A DNA stretch of 64,000 nt from an uncultured Chloroflexia bacterium (GTDB taxonomy: Bacteria > Chloroflexota > Limnocylindria > Limnocylindrales > CSP1-4): contig CAVZVH010000025.1 of NCBI GenBank assembly GCA_963778645.1, forward strand, positions 18,789 to 82,788, read 5' to 3'. The position numbers were made by a program, and so were the translations under genes. The notes under the pieces were generated by a model that worked only from the letters and a program-made list of their open reading frames with translations, did not search any database and had not been told where the DNA came from. Below, one piece after another: positions 21,720 through 34,105 of the stretch (position 1 is its first letter; every line of letters begins with the position of its first letter).

Positions 21720-22978
21720 CGGGTCGACGCCATCCGGGTTCCTGTCGCCTTGACGCGGGGGGCATCGGCATCGAGACGCTGGCGGAGCAGCGCCACGACC
21801 TCGGCCTCCTCCTCGGGCGTCGCCTCGGTCGGCGGCGTGACCTGTTCCTCAGCCACCTCCACGAGGGCGCCACCGATGGCCCCGTCCAGGTACGCCTCCA
21901 GGACCGCCGGGTGGACGTAACTCCGACGAGCGACCGCGGGCGTGTTGCCCAGGACGCCCGCCGTTTGTCGGATCGCCTCGACCACGTTGCGGCGGGCGCC
22001 TTGCTCGTCGTCCCCAGGCTGGAGGGCACGAAGGGCTCGGTAGGCGAGCACCGTTCCGGCCCAGGTCCGGAAGTCCTTGGCTGTGACGTCGACGCCCGAG
22101 GCGTCGCGGAGGTAGTCGTTGACGTCCTCCGAGGCGACGTCGCGTGCCTCGCCTGCCTCGTCGACGTACTGGAACAGCTCCTGTCCGGGGAGGTCCTGGC
22201 AGCGTCGAACCACCGAGGCGAGCCGCCGGTCTCGGAGGTCGACTTCGTGGGTCCGGCCCGACTTGCCGCGGAACCGGAAGCGGATCGCCGCTCCGTCGAT
22301 CCGAGCGTGGCGGTCGCGCAGCGTCGTGAGCCCGAACGATCGGTTGAGGCGAGCGTACTCGTCGTTGCCGACCCGGATGAGCGTCAGCTCCAGCAGCCGG
22401 ACGACGGCCGCCAGGACCTTCTCACGAGGCAATCCAGGTCGGGCCAGGTCCTCGTCGCAGCGCGCTCTGATCGTCGGCAGGACGCGGGCGAACGCGAGCA
22501 TCCTGTCGAACTTGTCGGTCTCTCGTCGGTCGCGCCAACGATCGTGATATCGGTATTGCTTGCGTCCTCGGTCATCTCGGCCGCTGGCCTGCAGATGGCC
22601 ATTCGGCCAACGGCAGATCCAGACGTCGGTCCAGGCGGGCGGGATCGCGAGGGCCTTGATCCGCGCGAGCGTCTCCGCGTCGTGGATCGGTTGGCCATCC
22701 GGGCCGCGGTACGAGAACCCACGACCTCGGCGGCGGCGGGACAGGCCCGGGCCGGCGTCGGTCGCGTACCGCAATCCAGCGTCGCGCGCCGCGGCGCGGG
22801 CATCTGCGGTCTCCGGAGCGGCAGCACGTCGATGGGTCGGCACGAGAGCGATGGTGGGCCTCGGGGCCGTGCGCGCAGGCGCCGCACGCTGGCCACATCC
22901 ATGGCAGGGGCATTGCAAGCATGCGCAGAAGCGAGGGGCCGAGCGTCCGGGCGGGTTCCGCGCTGAGCCCCCGCCCAC
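21716..22978 (-). CDS. Type IB DNA topoisomerase (poxvirus-like bacterial TopIB)
   Basis: GLRYATDAGPGLSRRRRGRGFSY..G, IPPAWTDVWI, GRDDRGRKQYRYH, IRVGNDEYA, FRFRGKSG, KDFRTWAGT, and catalytic-Tyr motif ARRSYVHP. The true start may be GTG 22843. Confidence 0.85.
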   Translation of the reverse strand: MGGGSARNPPGRSAPRFCACLQCPCHGCGQRAAPARTAPRPTIALVPTHRRAAAPETADARAAARDAGLRYATDAGPGLSRRRRGRGFSYRGPDGQPIHDAETLARIKALAIPPAWTDVWICRWPNGHLQASGRDDRGRKQYRYHDRWRDRRETDKFDRMLAFARVLPTIRARCDEDLARPGLPREKVLAAVVRLLELTLIRVGNDEYARLNRSFGLTTLRDRHARIDGAAIRFRFRGKSGRTHEVDLRDRRLASVVRRCQDLPGQELFQYVDEAGEARDVASEDVNDYLRDASGVDVTAKDFRTWAGTVLAYRALRALQPGDDEQGARRNVVEAIRQTAGVLGNTPAVARRSYVHPAVLEAYLDGAIGGALVEVAEEQVTPPTEATPEEEAEVVALLRQRLDADAPRVKATGTRMASTR

Positions 22979-22987
22979 ATGGAGGAG

Positions 22988-24157
22988 TCAGCCGCCCGAG
23001 ATGAGGGCCTTTCGACGGTCCTGCTCACGCGATGCGACCCTTGGCCCCAACGGGGTCGGCTCTCCGGCATCCGGACCGACATCCGGCTCGCCATCGTCAT
23101 CGGTGGCGACTTCCGCACCGCGCAGCATCCGCCGGTAGAGCGCTTCGTAACCGTCGGTCATCCGCCCGGCCGAGAAGCGCTCCAGGACGGACTCGCGGAT
23201 CTCGGCCCGGTCCAGATCGGCTGCGCCCTCGACCTTGAAGGCGAGCTGCGTGACGTCGTCGCCGAAGAAGCCATCGATCCCATCCCGGAGGATCTCGGGC
23301 AGGGCGCCGATCCGTCGCGCGATGACCGGTGTCCCGCACGCCAGCGACTCGATCGCGACCAACCCGAACGGTTCCGGCCAGGCACCTGGCATGAGCGACA
23401 CGAAGCTCTCGGCGAACAGCTCGTCGCGATCGTGCTGCGTCAGCTCGCCAAGGAATTCCACATCACTGCCCGCGGCCTTGAGGGCGGGCTCGAAGACGGC
23501 CTCGTAGTACGCCCGCTCCGGCCCGATGGGCGCGACCTTCGCTGCGATCCGGAGCGGACGTCCGACGAGCTTGGCGATCTCGAGCGCCTCGACGATCCCC
23601 TTCTCCGGCGCGACCCGTCCGACGAAGCACATCGCGTCGCCGCGTCGCCGATCGAAGGGGGCGTCCGTCAACGTCAGGCCGTTGTGGATGACCGTCCACG
23701 GGACGTCCGGGTGGGTGGACGCCTGGTTGAGGCTGATCGCGACCAGTCCAGGCGGCGGGTCTGTGAAGGCCTCGCTCGCCCAAGGCAGGTCAAGCCGACC
23801 GTGGAACGTCGACACCACCGGCACCGGGGACACACGGGCCAGCAACAGGCTCGCCCACTCCAGGTGGCTGTGGATGAGGTCGAACTCGGTCGCGTGGTCC
23901 AGGACCGAGCGCATCGTCTCCAGGAAATAGGGCATCGGGTCCCCGGTGTAGCCATCGGGGCGCAGGGCCACCGCGACCGTACCGATGAGGCGTCCTGGGA
24001 CCTCTGAATCGGCGCTGGCGAACGTCGTGACCTTATGGCCACGACGATCGAGCTCGGCGACCAGCTCGTACACGACGCGTTCCGTGCCGCCGTAGGCCTG
24101 CGGCGGGACGCGTTCGAGGGGCGGAGCGACGTGGGCGATACGAAGCGAGCGGCTCAT
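22988..24157 (-). CDS. GT4-family glycosyltransferase
   Basis: MSRSLRIAHVAPP..PPQAYGGTERVVYELVAEL, FVGRVAPEKG, and EPFGLVAIESLACGTPVIA (the E-x7-E region). Confidence 0.85.
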   Translation of the reverse strand: MSRSLRIAHVAPPLERVPPQAYGGTERVVYELVAELDRRGHKVTTFASADSEVPGRLIGTVAVALRPDGYTGDPMPYFLETMRSVLDHATEFDLIHSHLEWASLLLARVSPVPVVSTFHGRLDLPWASEAFTDPPPGLVAISLNQASTHPDVPWTVIHNGLTLTDAPFDRRRGDAMCFVGRVAPEKGIVEALEIAKLVGRPLRIAAKVAPIGPERAYYEAVFEPALKAAGSDVEFLGELTQHDRDELFAESFVSLMPGAWPEPFGLVAIESLACGTPVIARRIGALPEILRDGIDGFFGDDVTQLAFKVEGAADLDRAEIRESVLERFSAGRMTDGYEALYRRMLRGAEVATDDDGEPDVGPDAGEPTPLGPRVASREQDRRKALISGG

Positions 24158-24252
24158 CGGGAGGGACCTTTCGGGACAGCGGCCGCACACCCTCGCGGCT
24201 CGCCTCCGGTAAACGGTACGCTAGGACGGGCGGACGCGGTGTCAACAGCGAT

Positions 24253-24274
24253 GATGTCGCCTTGCAGCGACATC
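24253..24274. repeat. Perfect 8-bp inverted repeat upstream of the kinase start
   Basis: GATGTCGC-cttgca-GCGACATC lies about 12 nt (24275-24286) upstream of the AAGGAG RBS (24287-24292) of the 24298 gene. Confidence 0.4.
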
Positions 24275-24297
24275 TCAGCGCCCGCAAGGAGTCTAGG

Positions 24298-25905
24298 GTG
24301 ACAGAGTCCGCCAGCACCGGAGGACGCACGACCCGGAGTACCCGGGCCGCACTCGGACGAGCGCGTCTCGATGCGCTTGGCTGGGGCCGGCCGCGCCTGG
24401 GTCGGTGGGGCAGGATCGCCGTCGGATCCGGCATCGGCGTCGGAGCGCTCCTGGCCAAGTCGGTCCTCAATGGGCTCGTCGGCGACGACACCGGCTTCGT
24501 CGTCCTGCTCGCTGCCGTGGTCATCGCCGCATGGATCGCCGGCCTGGCTGGCGGCTTCGTGACGACGATCATCACCGCGCTCGGGAATCTGGTCGTCTTC
24601 GTCGGTGCCGACAGGGCATCGTTCGAGCTCGCCCAGATCGACCTGGCGAGGACGGGGTTGTATGCCCTCGCCGGGGCTGGCGTGACGGTGCTCTTCGCAT
24701 CGGTCGGTACATCGCGCGACCGGCTGGTCGATTCCCTGGCCGCCGTGGCCTCCATGGCCAACGACATCGAACGCCGGGACGAGCGACTGGAACTCGTGCT
24801 GGCCGCCTCAGGCACCGGGTTCTGGGAGTGGGACATCCGGACCGGCGAGCTGGTCTGGTCGGAGGCGATCTTCCATCAGCACGGCCTGGACCCCGACGAC
24901 GGGGCGCCGACGTTCGAGCGCTTTCGGCAGACCATCCATCCGGACGACCGAGCGGCCTTCCAGGCATCCATCGACGATGCCTTGGCACGCGGGACGTCGT
25001 TCAGCCACGAGTTCCGCCTGCTGTGGCCTGACGGGTCGGTGCACTGGACCCATGGCGTGGGGCGGGTCTTCCGGACTGGCAGCGGCGAGCCCATCCGCAT
25101 GGTCGGCACGGGCCAGGACATCACCGAACGACGTCGCCTGGAGGAGGAACGGGATCGCCTGCTGGAGGACGAGCGTCGCGCCGGCACCTTCCGCGAGGCC
25201 TTCGTCGACGTCATCTCGCACGAATTGCGCACGCCCATCACGACCATCTTCGGCCTGACCCGGATCCTGGAACGACCGGGGCGCTCGACGACGGTCGAGG
25301 ATCAGGCCGAGTTGATCAGCGACATCTCGGCGGAAGCCGAGCGCCTCCACCGGCTCGTCGAGGACTTGCTGGTGCTGACCCGCGCCGAACGCGGGGGGAT
25401 CGCGATCGAATCCGAGCCTCTCGAGCCACGGCGCCTGCTCGGCCGGGTCATCGCTCGAGAGGCGGCGCGGCTTCCGAGTATCACCATCGACGCAGAACTG
25501 GCGCCGGGCCTGCCGATCGTGGCCGGCGAGGACACGTACGTCGAGCAGATCGTGCGCAACATGCTGAGCAATGCTGCGAAATACACATCGCCGGGTACGC
25601 GGGTCGTCGTCCGGGCCGAGCGGGAAGGCGAGATGGTGGCGGTCCGCGTCCTCGATGCCGGACCGGGCATCGACGAGGCGTCGATCGAACGGGCCTTCGA
25701 CCTTTTCTATCGCGATCCCATGCTCGCGCGCTCGATCGCGGGATCAGGGATCGGACTGTTCGTGTGCGCCAGCCTGGTCGAGGCCATGGGCGGGACGATC
25801 TGGGCGAAACGCCGCCCCGAGGGCGGCTCGGAGTTCGGGTTCACGTTGCGCGTGATCCCCGACGACGAGGCCGCCTTGTCGACCGCGACCCGGGCGACCG
25901 CCTGA
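24298..25905 (+). CDS. Membrane sensor histidine kinase (DUF4118-like TM module, PAS, HisKA, HATPase)
   Basis: AAGGAG lies 5 nt before GTG 24298. TM block VVLLAAVVIAAWIAGLAGGFVTTIITALGNLVVF. PAS segment GTGFWEWDIRTGELVWS..HPDD. H-box FVDVISHELRTPITTI. N-box IVRNMLSNAAKYT. G2 motif GSGIGLFV. Confidence 0.85.
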   Translation: MTESASTGGRTTRSTRAALGRARLDALGWGRPRLGRWGRIAVGSGIGVGALLAKSVLNGLVGDDTGFVVLLAAVVIAAWIAGLAGGFVTTIITALGNLVVFVGADRASFELAQIDLARTGLYALAGAGVTVLFASVGTSRDRLVDSLAAVASMANDIERRDERLELVLAASGTGFWEWDIRTGELVWSEAIFHQHGLDPDDGAPTFERFRQTIHPDDRAAFQASIDDALARGTSFSHEFRLLWPDGSVHWTHGVGRVFRTGSGEPIRMVGTGQDITERRRLEEERDRLLEDERRAGTFREAFVDVISHELRTPITTIFGLTRILERPGRSTTVEDQAELISDISAEAERLHRLVEDLLVLTRAERGGIAIESEPLEPRRLLGRVIAREAARLPSITIDAELAPGLPIVAGEDTYVEQIVRNMLSNAAKYTSPGTRVVVRAEREGEMVAVRVLDAGPGIDEASIERAFDLFYRDPMLARSIAGSGIGLFVCASLVEAMGGTIWAKRRPEGGSEFGFTLRVIPDDEAALSTATRATA

Positions 25906-25916
25906 GCGAGCCGCGC

Positions 25917-28604
<2,688 letters not shown>

Positions 28605-28620
28605 CGGGGCTCCAGGTCGG

Positions 28621-28989
28621 TCAGATGGGCTCGAGTCGGAGCGTGGTCGGCAACGTGTGCGGCTGGAGCATCGCCGTGAGCGACCCGCCCTGTCGAGCGT
28701 ACTTCACCTTCAGCGCTTCCGATGCGCGTTCGATCGAGGCGGGATCGTCGGCCCGGATCGCGGTCGCCGACAGCTTCCGGCCGTCAACGTGGACGGCTAC
28801 GGCCGGGTTGGCGACGGCGGACCGGTACCAGCGGCCACGCTCGCCGCGCACCGATCGGACGAAGACTTCCTTGTCGGCGACGACCACCCAGACGGTCGTC
28901 GTGCGGGGCGGCTTGTCGGGCGCCTGCGTCTCGATGTCGATCTCCTCGGCGTCGCGCAGGAGGGCAAGGTCGTCGTCGCCGAAGCTCAT
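28621..28989 (-). CDS. DUF2255-family protein
   Basis: MSFGDDDLALLRDAEEIDIET...TTVWVVVADKEVFVRSVRGERGRWYRSA...ASEALKVKYAR. The ORF extends to 29055, but the ATG at 28989 fits the family length. Confidence 0.65.
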   Translation of the reverse strand: MSFGDDDLALLRDAEEIDIETQAPDKPPRTTTVWVVVADKEVFVRSVRGERGRWYRSAVANPAVAVHVDGRKLSATAIRADDPASIERASEALKVKYARQGGSLTAMLQPHTLPTTLRLEPI

Positions 28990-29079
28990 ACCCGGAGCGT
29001 AGCCCAACTTGGCCACGTTGTCGGCTCCGAGAAGGTTGTGTCCGGACCCTGGCATCGATCGGGTGTGGGCGTCGGCGAG

Positions 29080-29108
29080 TTGTTATGCCGATGCAAGCGA
29101 TCTGCAAT
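29080..29108 (+). promoter_or_regulatory. Candidate sigma-70-type promoter for the response-regulator gene
   Basis: TTGTTA-N17-TGCAAT lies about 150 nt upstream of GTG 29256. Prediction from sequence only. Confidence 0.25.
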
Positions 29109-29255
29109 GTCGGGCCCGGCCGGCGCGACGGCGGATACACGACGATGGCCCAACGTGCCGCCGTGGCACATCATGGGCTGTAGGCGATCGGCTCGACCAT
29201 CGTGCGGCCACAGATCTGACATCCGTCACCATGTCATCCACCCAGGAGGTGGCGT

Positions 29256-30014
29256 GTGAGCACCCAACCCCTCGTGCTTGTCGCCGACGACGAACCGCGG
29301 ATCACGAAACTCGTATCCATCGCCCTCGGTGAGGAGGGTTTTCGGGTCGTCACCGCCAATAGCGGCGAAGAGGCGCTCCGGAAGGCGGAGGAGGTCCGGC
29401 CGGACATCATCCTGCTGGACATCGTCATGCCCGACCTCGATGGCATCGAGGTCATGCGCCAGCTGCGCGAGCGTCGGCCGGTGGCCGTCATCCTGCTCAC
29501 GGCCAAGGGCTCGACCGCCGACAAGGCCAAGGGACTCGACCTCGGGGCGGACGACTACATCGCCAAACCCTTCCATCCGGACGAGCTGGCGGCCCGCGTC
29601 CGTGCCGTCCTCCGCCGATCCTCGGGCGCGCAGCCCGGCGCCGGTGTGCTGAAGTTCGACGACATCGAGATCGACCTCGAGCGGCGGCTGGTCACGCGCG
29701 ATGGCGAGATGGTCCAGCTCTCCCGGACCGAGTGGCTGCTCCTGCAGCACCTCGCCGGCAATGCCGGCAAGGTCGTCCTCCACACGGAGCTCCTGACCAA
29801 GGTCTGGGGTCCCGAATATCGCGACGACCTGCAGTACCTGCGCGTCTGGGTCTCGCGTGTCCGCCGCAAGTTGGGCGCCGAGCCCGGTGAGCCCGGCCGC
29901 ATCAAGACCTTCCAGGGCATCGGCTATCTCCTGGACGTCGATCCGCCGGAGGCCACGGATTCGAACGTCGGCGTCGAATCCGAACGCACCGAAGACCCGA
30001 CCCTCATCGGGTAG
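29256..30014 (+). CDS. OmpR/PhoB-family response regulator (KdpE-like)
   Basis: AGGAGG precedes GTG 29256. Receiver motifs LVADDEPRI, DIILLDIVMPDLDG, LTAKG and ADDYIAKPF. Winged-helix motifs LSRTEWLLLQHLAGNAGKVV, LRVWVSRVRRKL and GIGYLL. Confidence 0.9.
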   Translation: MSTQPLVLVADDEPRITKLVSIALGEEGFRVVTANSGEEALRKAEEVRPDIILLDIVMPDLDGIEVMRQLRERRPVAVILLTAKGSTADKAKGLDLGADDYIAKPFHPDELAARVRAVLRRSSGAQPGAGVLKFDDIEIDLERRLVTRDGEMVQLSRTEWLLLQHLAGNAGKVVLHTELLTKVWGPEYRDDLQYLRVWVSRVRRKLGAEPGEPGRIKTFQGIGYLLDVDPPEATDSNVGVESERTEDPTLIG

Positions 30015-30699
30015 ATATCGGCTGGTCGGGCAGGATCGGGACCGCCTCGGCCCACGTCGGCGTCAGGCGTCGTCGTAGTCGCAGGCCGGACGCCTCGAGG
30101 CCATCTGAGAGCTCTCGGTACGAGAGCACGCGTGCCACGAACGGCTGCCGGAACGTCTGCTGGTCGATCTCGTAGACCATCGTCGCCGACACGAACGGCA
30201 ATGCGCGCTCGACCTCGGTCAGGGCGATGACCAGGCCGTCGCGCTCCCAGCGAGCGTCCCGAACGGTCTCGGCCCAGTCCTCCTCGTGATGCTCGATGAG
30301 CACGACCCCCGCGTCGGCCACGTGCCGGCGGCAGGTGGCAAGGACGGCCGCCCGCATCCGATCGTCGGTCGTATTCACGAGATGGCTGGCGAGGATCACG
30401 GCGTCGAACCGGCGGTGAAGATCGAGTTCCTCGATGTCGGCGATGATCGTCTCGGCGTCACGGATCCACTCGAGCATCTCGCGCGACTGATCGACCGCCA
30501 CGACCCGGTGCCCCAGGTGGACCAGCGCGTGCGTGATGCGGCCCGCACCGGCGCCCAGTTCGAGGATCGACGCTTGTCGTGGGACGGCGGCGTCGATGAT
30601 CGACGGCTCGTTCCCCGGCAGGAGACGTCGATACAGGAGCACCGGGCTGCCGTCCGACGTCACGCCATCGTCGGATGATCGGCGATCGAGCATCCCCAT
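30004..30699 (-). CDS. Class I SAM-dependent methyltransferase
   Basis: ILELGAGAGRITHALVHLGHRVVAVDQSREML (motif I / post-I) and FDAVILASHLVN. Confidence 0.85.
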   Translation of the reverse strand: MGMLDRRSSDDGVTSDGSPVLLYRRLLPGNEPSIIDAAVPRQASILELGAGAGRITHALVHLGHRVVAVDQSREMLEWIRDAETIIADIEELDLHRRFDAVILASHLVNTTDDRMRAAVLATCRRHVADAGVVLIEHHEEDWAETVRDARWERDGLVIALTEVERALPFVSATMVYEIDQQTFRQPFVARVLSYRELSDGLEASGLRLRRRLTPTWAEAVPILPDQPISTR

Positions 30700-30748
30700 C
30701 GCCCTACTCTATCGTCGCGATGATGACGCCCTGCGATACCCTCGCCCG

Positions 30749-31354
30749 ATGCAGCGCTATCACCCGGGCACGGCGCTCGTCGTGGTTGACGTCCAGAACG
30801 ACTTCGCCGATCCGGCCGGGAGCCTGAGCGTGGCCGGCGGCGACGCCATCGTCCCGACCGTCAACCGCGAGATCGCGATGGCGGAGAGCGGCGGCGCGAC
30901 GATCGCGTACACGCAGGACTGGCACCCGGAGACGACGCCCCATTTCGCCAAGGACGGCGGCATCTGGCCGGTCCATTGCGTCGCCGACACGTGGGGCGCG
31001 GCATTCCACCCGGACCTCACCACCCCCGACCATGCCCCCATCGTCCGGAAGGGCGCCAATGGCGAGGACGGCTACTCGGGCTTCACGATGCGCGACCCCG
31101 TCACCGGAGACACGATCCCGACCGAGCTCGAGGCCATCCTCCGCCGCCGCGATATCGAACGCGTCGTGGTCGTCGGCCTGGCCACCGACTACTGCGTCAA
31201 GGCGACGGCGCTCGACGCCGCCCGTCTCGGGTTCGCGACCTCGCTCCTGACCGACGCGATCGCCGCCGTCGAACTGCAGCCCGGCGACGGCGACCGGGCC
31301 GTCGAGGCGATGCGCGACGCGGGGGTCACGATGTGGCGGACGGTCATGCGATGA
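30749..31354 (+). CDS. pncA: Nicotinamidase/pyrazinamidase (isochorismatase family)
   Basis: ALVVVDVQNDFADPAGSLSV, TQDWHP..HF and WPVHCV..TWGA. VVVVGLATDYCVKATALDA contains the catalytic Cys. Confidence 0.85.
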   Translation: MQRYHPGTALVVVDVQNDFADPAGSLSVAGGDAIVPTVNREIAMAESGGATIAYTQDWHPETTPHFAKDGGIWPVHCVADTWGAAFHPDLTTPDHAPIVRKGANGEDGYSGFTMRDPVTGDTIPTELEAILRRRDIERVVVVGLATDYCVKATALDAARLGFATSLLTDAIAAVELQPGDGDRAVEAMRDAGVTMWRTVMR

Positions 31355-31370
31355 ACCCGAGAGCGGTCGC

Positions 31371-31922
31371 ATGATCCGCCCGCTCGTCCGGCTGGGCATG
31401 ATCGGGCTCGGGGCTGGCTGGGCTGTCGATCGCGCCCTTCGCGCCAGGGCGGACGGTGCGCCGCCCCCCGCTATCGAATCGATGGTCGTGATCGATGCGC
31501 CGATCGACCGTGTCTGGACAGTGGTGGCCGACATCGAGGGCCAGCCCCGCTGGATGCTCGACATGAAGTCGGTCCGCTTGACCACGCCGCCGCCGATCGG
31601 CGTGGGTACCCGAGGTGTGTCGACCGTCCGGGTCCTCGGGGTCACCGTCACCGACCCGGTGACGATCACCGAGTTCCAGCCGCCGACGCGATTCGCGCTC
31701 CGACATGAAGGAACGGTGAGCGGGTCGGGTGCGATCACCCTCGAACCGGGCGCGGATGGGTCCACCACGATCGTCCGGTGGGAGGAACGACTCATCGCCC
31801 CGTTCGTGCCCCACCTCGGGGCCGAGCTCCTGGGGCGCGTGTTCGGGCCGATCTTCCAGGCCGACCTCTTCCGCCTGCGGGACCTGGTCGAGTCGGGCGC
31901 GACACCAGAGGAGGGCCGCTGA
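31371..31922 (+). CDS. SRPBCC-family (polyketide cyclase/dehydrase-like) protein with an N-terminal hydrophobic segment
   Basis: VVIDAPIDRVWTVVADIEGQPRWM.. and TEFQPPTRFALRHEG..GSGAITLEP. Confidence 0.8.
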   Translation: MIRPLVRLGMIGLGAGWAVDRALRARADGAPPPAIESMVVIDAPIDRVWTVVADIEGQPRWMLDMKSVRLTTPPPIGVGTRGVSTVRVLGVTVTDPVTITEFQPPTRFALRHEGTVSGSGAITLEPGADGSTTIVRWEERLIAPFVPHLGAELLGRVFGPIFQADLFRLRDLVESGATPEEGR

Positions 31923-32827
31923 TGCAGCTCCACCTCGTCGACGCCACCTACGAGCTGTTCCGGGCCCACTTCGCCCCTCGGCCTCCCGTCCTCGGTCGGG
32001 ACGCGGTCAATCTCTCGGGGGTATCCGGTCTGTGCGACCAGCTGCTCTATCTCCTCCGCGAGGAGGGTGCGACCCATGTCGGCTGTGCGACCGATCGCGT
32101 CATCGAGTCGTTCCGGAATGACCTCTTTCCGGGGTACAAGTCCTCGGCTGGGATGCCGCCCGAATTGCTCGCCCAGTTCCCGATCGCCGAAGCCGCCGTC
32201 GAGGCGCTCGGCATCGTCCTGTGGCCGATGGTCGAGTTCGAGGCCGACGATGCGATCGCGGCAGCGACCGCCCGGTTCGCCGAGGACTCGCGCGTGGAGC
32301 GGATCCTCGTATGCACCCCGGACAAGGACATGGCCCAGCTGGTTCGCGATGACCGCATCGTCCTGTGGGATCGCCGCCGGGGTCTCACCTACGACGACGC
32401 CGGGGTCCGCGCGAAATGGGGCGTCGCACCCACGTCGATCCCGGACTACCTGGCCCTGGTGGGCGATGCGTCGGATGGCTATCCGGGCCTGCCCGGCTGG
32501 GGCTCGAAGTCGGCGGCCGCGGTCCTGAGCCGGTACGGTCATTTCGAGGTCATCCCGCCGAAGGCGTCCGCCTGGGAGGTGCCCGGGCTGGGCGGGACCC
32601 GCGCGATCTCGCTCGCGTCGACCCTCCGCGAGCACTGGGACGAGGCGCTCCTCTACCGCGACCTGGCCCGACTCCGGACGGCCGAGGACGGGGTGCCGAT
32701 CCGCCAGCTCGACGCCGACGACCTGCGATGGGACGGCGCACCGCGCGATCCATGGGAGGCATTCTGCGAGGAGTGGGGTCTGGCGCGGCTCCGATCGCGT
32801 CCGCATCGGTGGCTCGCCCAAGGCTGA
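31922..32827 (+). CDS. 5'-3' exonuclease / flap endonuclease (PIN-like plus H3TH)
   Basis: The ATG overlaps the upstream TGA. MQLHLVDATYELFRAHF, FEADDAIAAA, TPDKDMAQLV and IPDYLALVGDASDGYPGLPGWGSKSAAAVL. Confidence 0.85.
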   Translation: MQLHLVDATYELFRAHFAPRPPVLGRDAVNLSGVSGLCDQLLYLLREEGATHVGCATDRVIESFRNDLFPGYKSSAGMPPELLAQFPIAEAAVEALGIVLWPMVEFEADDAIAAATARFAEDSRVERILVCTPDKDMAQLVRDDRIVLWDRRRGLTYDDAGVRAKWGVAPTSIPDYLALVGDASDGYPGLPGWGSKSAAAVLSRYGHFEVIPPKASAWEVPGLGGTRAISLASTLREHWDEALLYRDLARLRTAEDGVPIRQLDADDLRWDGAPRDPWEAFCEEWGLARLRSRPHRWLAQG

Positions 32828-32997
32828 TCTGGAGCACGCCGTCCTGGTGCGCGCTGCCACCGCTCGGGTGGCCTGGTTCGCTCATGGGTCACGTGACTTC
32901 TGGCCAGCACCCGCGGCGGACGCGCTATGTGACGCTCCGTCGGAGTCACGCCGCACAGACGATCGGTCGTGATCCGTCCGAGGTGCCACGGGTCAGC

Positions 32998-33984
32998 ATG
33001 AACATCGGGGAAGTGGTCGGTCCAGCCGGCGTCGCCGGTCGGCGAGTCCCGTCTCGCCGGGCTGTGGTGGCCGTCCTGACGCTGCTCGTCTCGATCAGCG
33101 TCGCGACGCCTGGCTCGATCGTCGCGGCATCGCCCCTGCCTGACCCGACCACCGAAGGGACGCCGCCCCCCGATCCGACGCCGACCCCCGATCCGACGAC
33201 CGACCCGATGCCGACGTGGACTCCCGACCCGATCCCCAGCCCGACACCGGCCCCGACGCCAGCTCCGGTTGCGAACGCGCCGGCCTCGCTCAGGCTGTAC
33301 AGGTCGGCCGGCTTCCGGTATCAGAACCCCAACTACGCGGCATGCACCGCGACGTCGGTCATGAACATGCTCAACTTCATCAGCCTCGGCCAACGAGGCG
33401 GTCCAGGTTTCCGGTGGTCGAGGAGCCTCTCGGCCAGCAGGCGCAACGCGATCCTGCGGTGGGAACGGGCGCACGACACGATGGTCGGCGGCCGAGGCAC
33501 CGACATGCACGGATGGCGCAACGCGCTGAACTACTACGGATGGGGCCGATCCGCCCTGTGGGCGGGCTCGCGCGTCTACGACGACTTCGCCTTTTCGTCA
33601 TACAGCTCGGCGATGAAGTCCGCGGTCCGGGCGATGATCTCCACCGGCAAGCCCATCGCGATGGCGGCCTGGGCGGGGCGGCACGCCGTGATGATCACCG
33701 GCTACTACGGCCTTTCCGGGGACCCGTTCGCGCGGAACAGCGCCGGCAAGTACACCAACGCGTTCACCGTCGGCGGGTTCTACCTCAGCGACCCACTCGC
33801 CCAGAACGGCCGCCGCAACGTGAGGATCAGCTACGCCAGGCTGGGCGGCAGCTCGAACGCGAGCCTGAGGTTCCGACGTTATCGGGAGACCGACAGTCCG
33901 TATGACGACAAATACACGCCAGGGCGAAGGTCGTCCCGGAGCGAGTGGTACGGCAAATGGGTGCTGATCCTGCCGGTACGCTGA
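32998..33984 (+). CDS. Secreted protein: signal peptide, Pro/Thr-rich linker and a putative papain-fold (C39-like) cysteine-peptidase domain
   Basis: RRAVVAVLTLLVSISVATPGSIVAAS, then PDPTTEGTPPPDPTPTPDPTTDPMPTWTPDPIPSPTPAPTPAP. Candidate nucleophile in NYAACTATSVMNMLNF and candidate His in AGRHAVMITGYYG. The family call is tentative. Confidence 0.7.
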   Translation: MNIGEVVGPAGVAGRRVPSRRAVVAVLTLLVSISVATPGSIVAASPLPDPTTEGTPPPDPTPTPDPTTDPMPTWTPDPIPSPTPAPTPAPVANAPASLRLYRSAGFRYQNPNYAACTATSVMNMLNFISLGQRGGPGFRWSRSLSASRRNAILRWERAHDTMVGGRGTDMHGWRNALNYYGWGRSALWAGSRVYDDFAFSSYSSAMKSAVRAMISTGKPIAMAAWAGRHAVMITGYYGLSGDPFARNSAGKYTNAFTVGGFYLSDPLAQNGRRNVRISYARLGGSSNASLRFRRYRETDSPYDDKYTPGRRSSRSEWYGKWVLILPVR

Positions 33985-34105
33985 GCCACGGACGACCCAG
34001 GTCGGGCGATCAGCCCGGCCGACGATCGCACCTTGCTCCAGCCTGTAGCCTGTCACCATCGACAGGGCACATCCCGTTGGCGTGCGAGAGGACTGGCCCA
34101 CCCCG

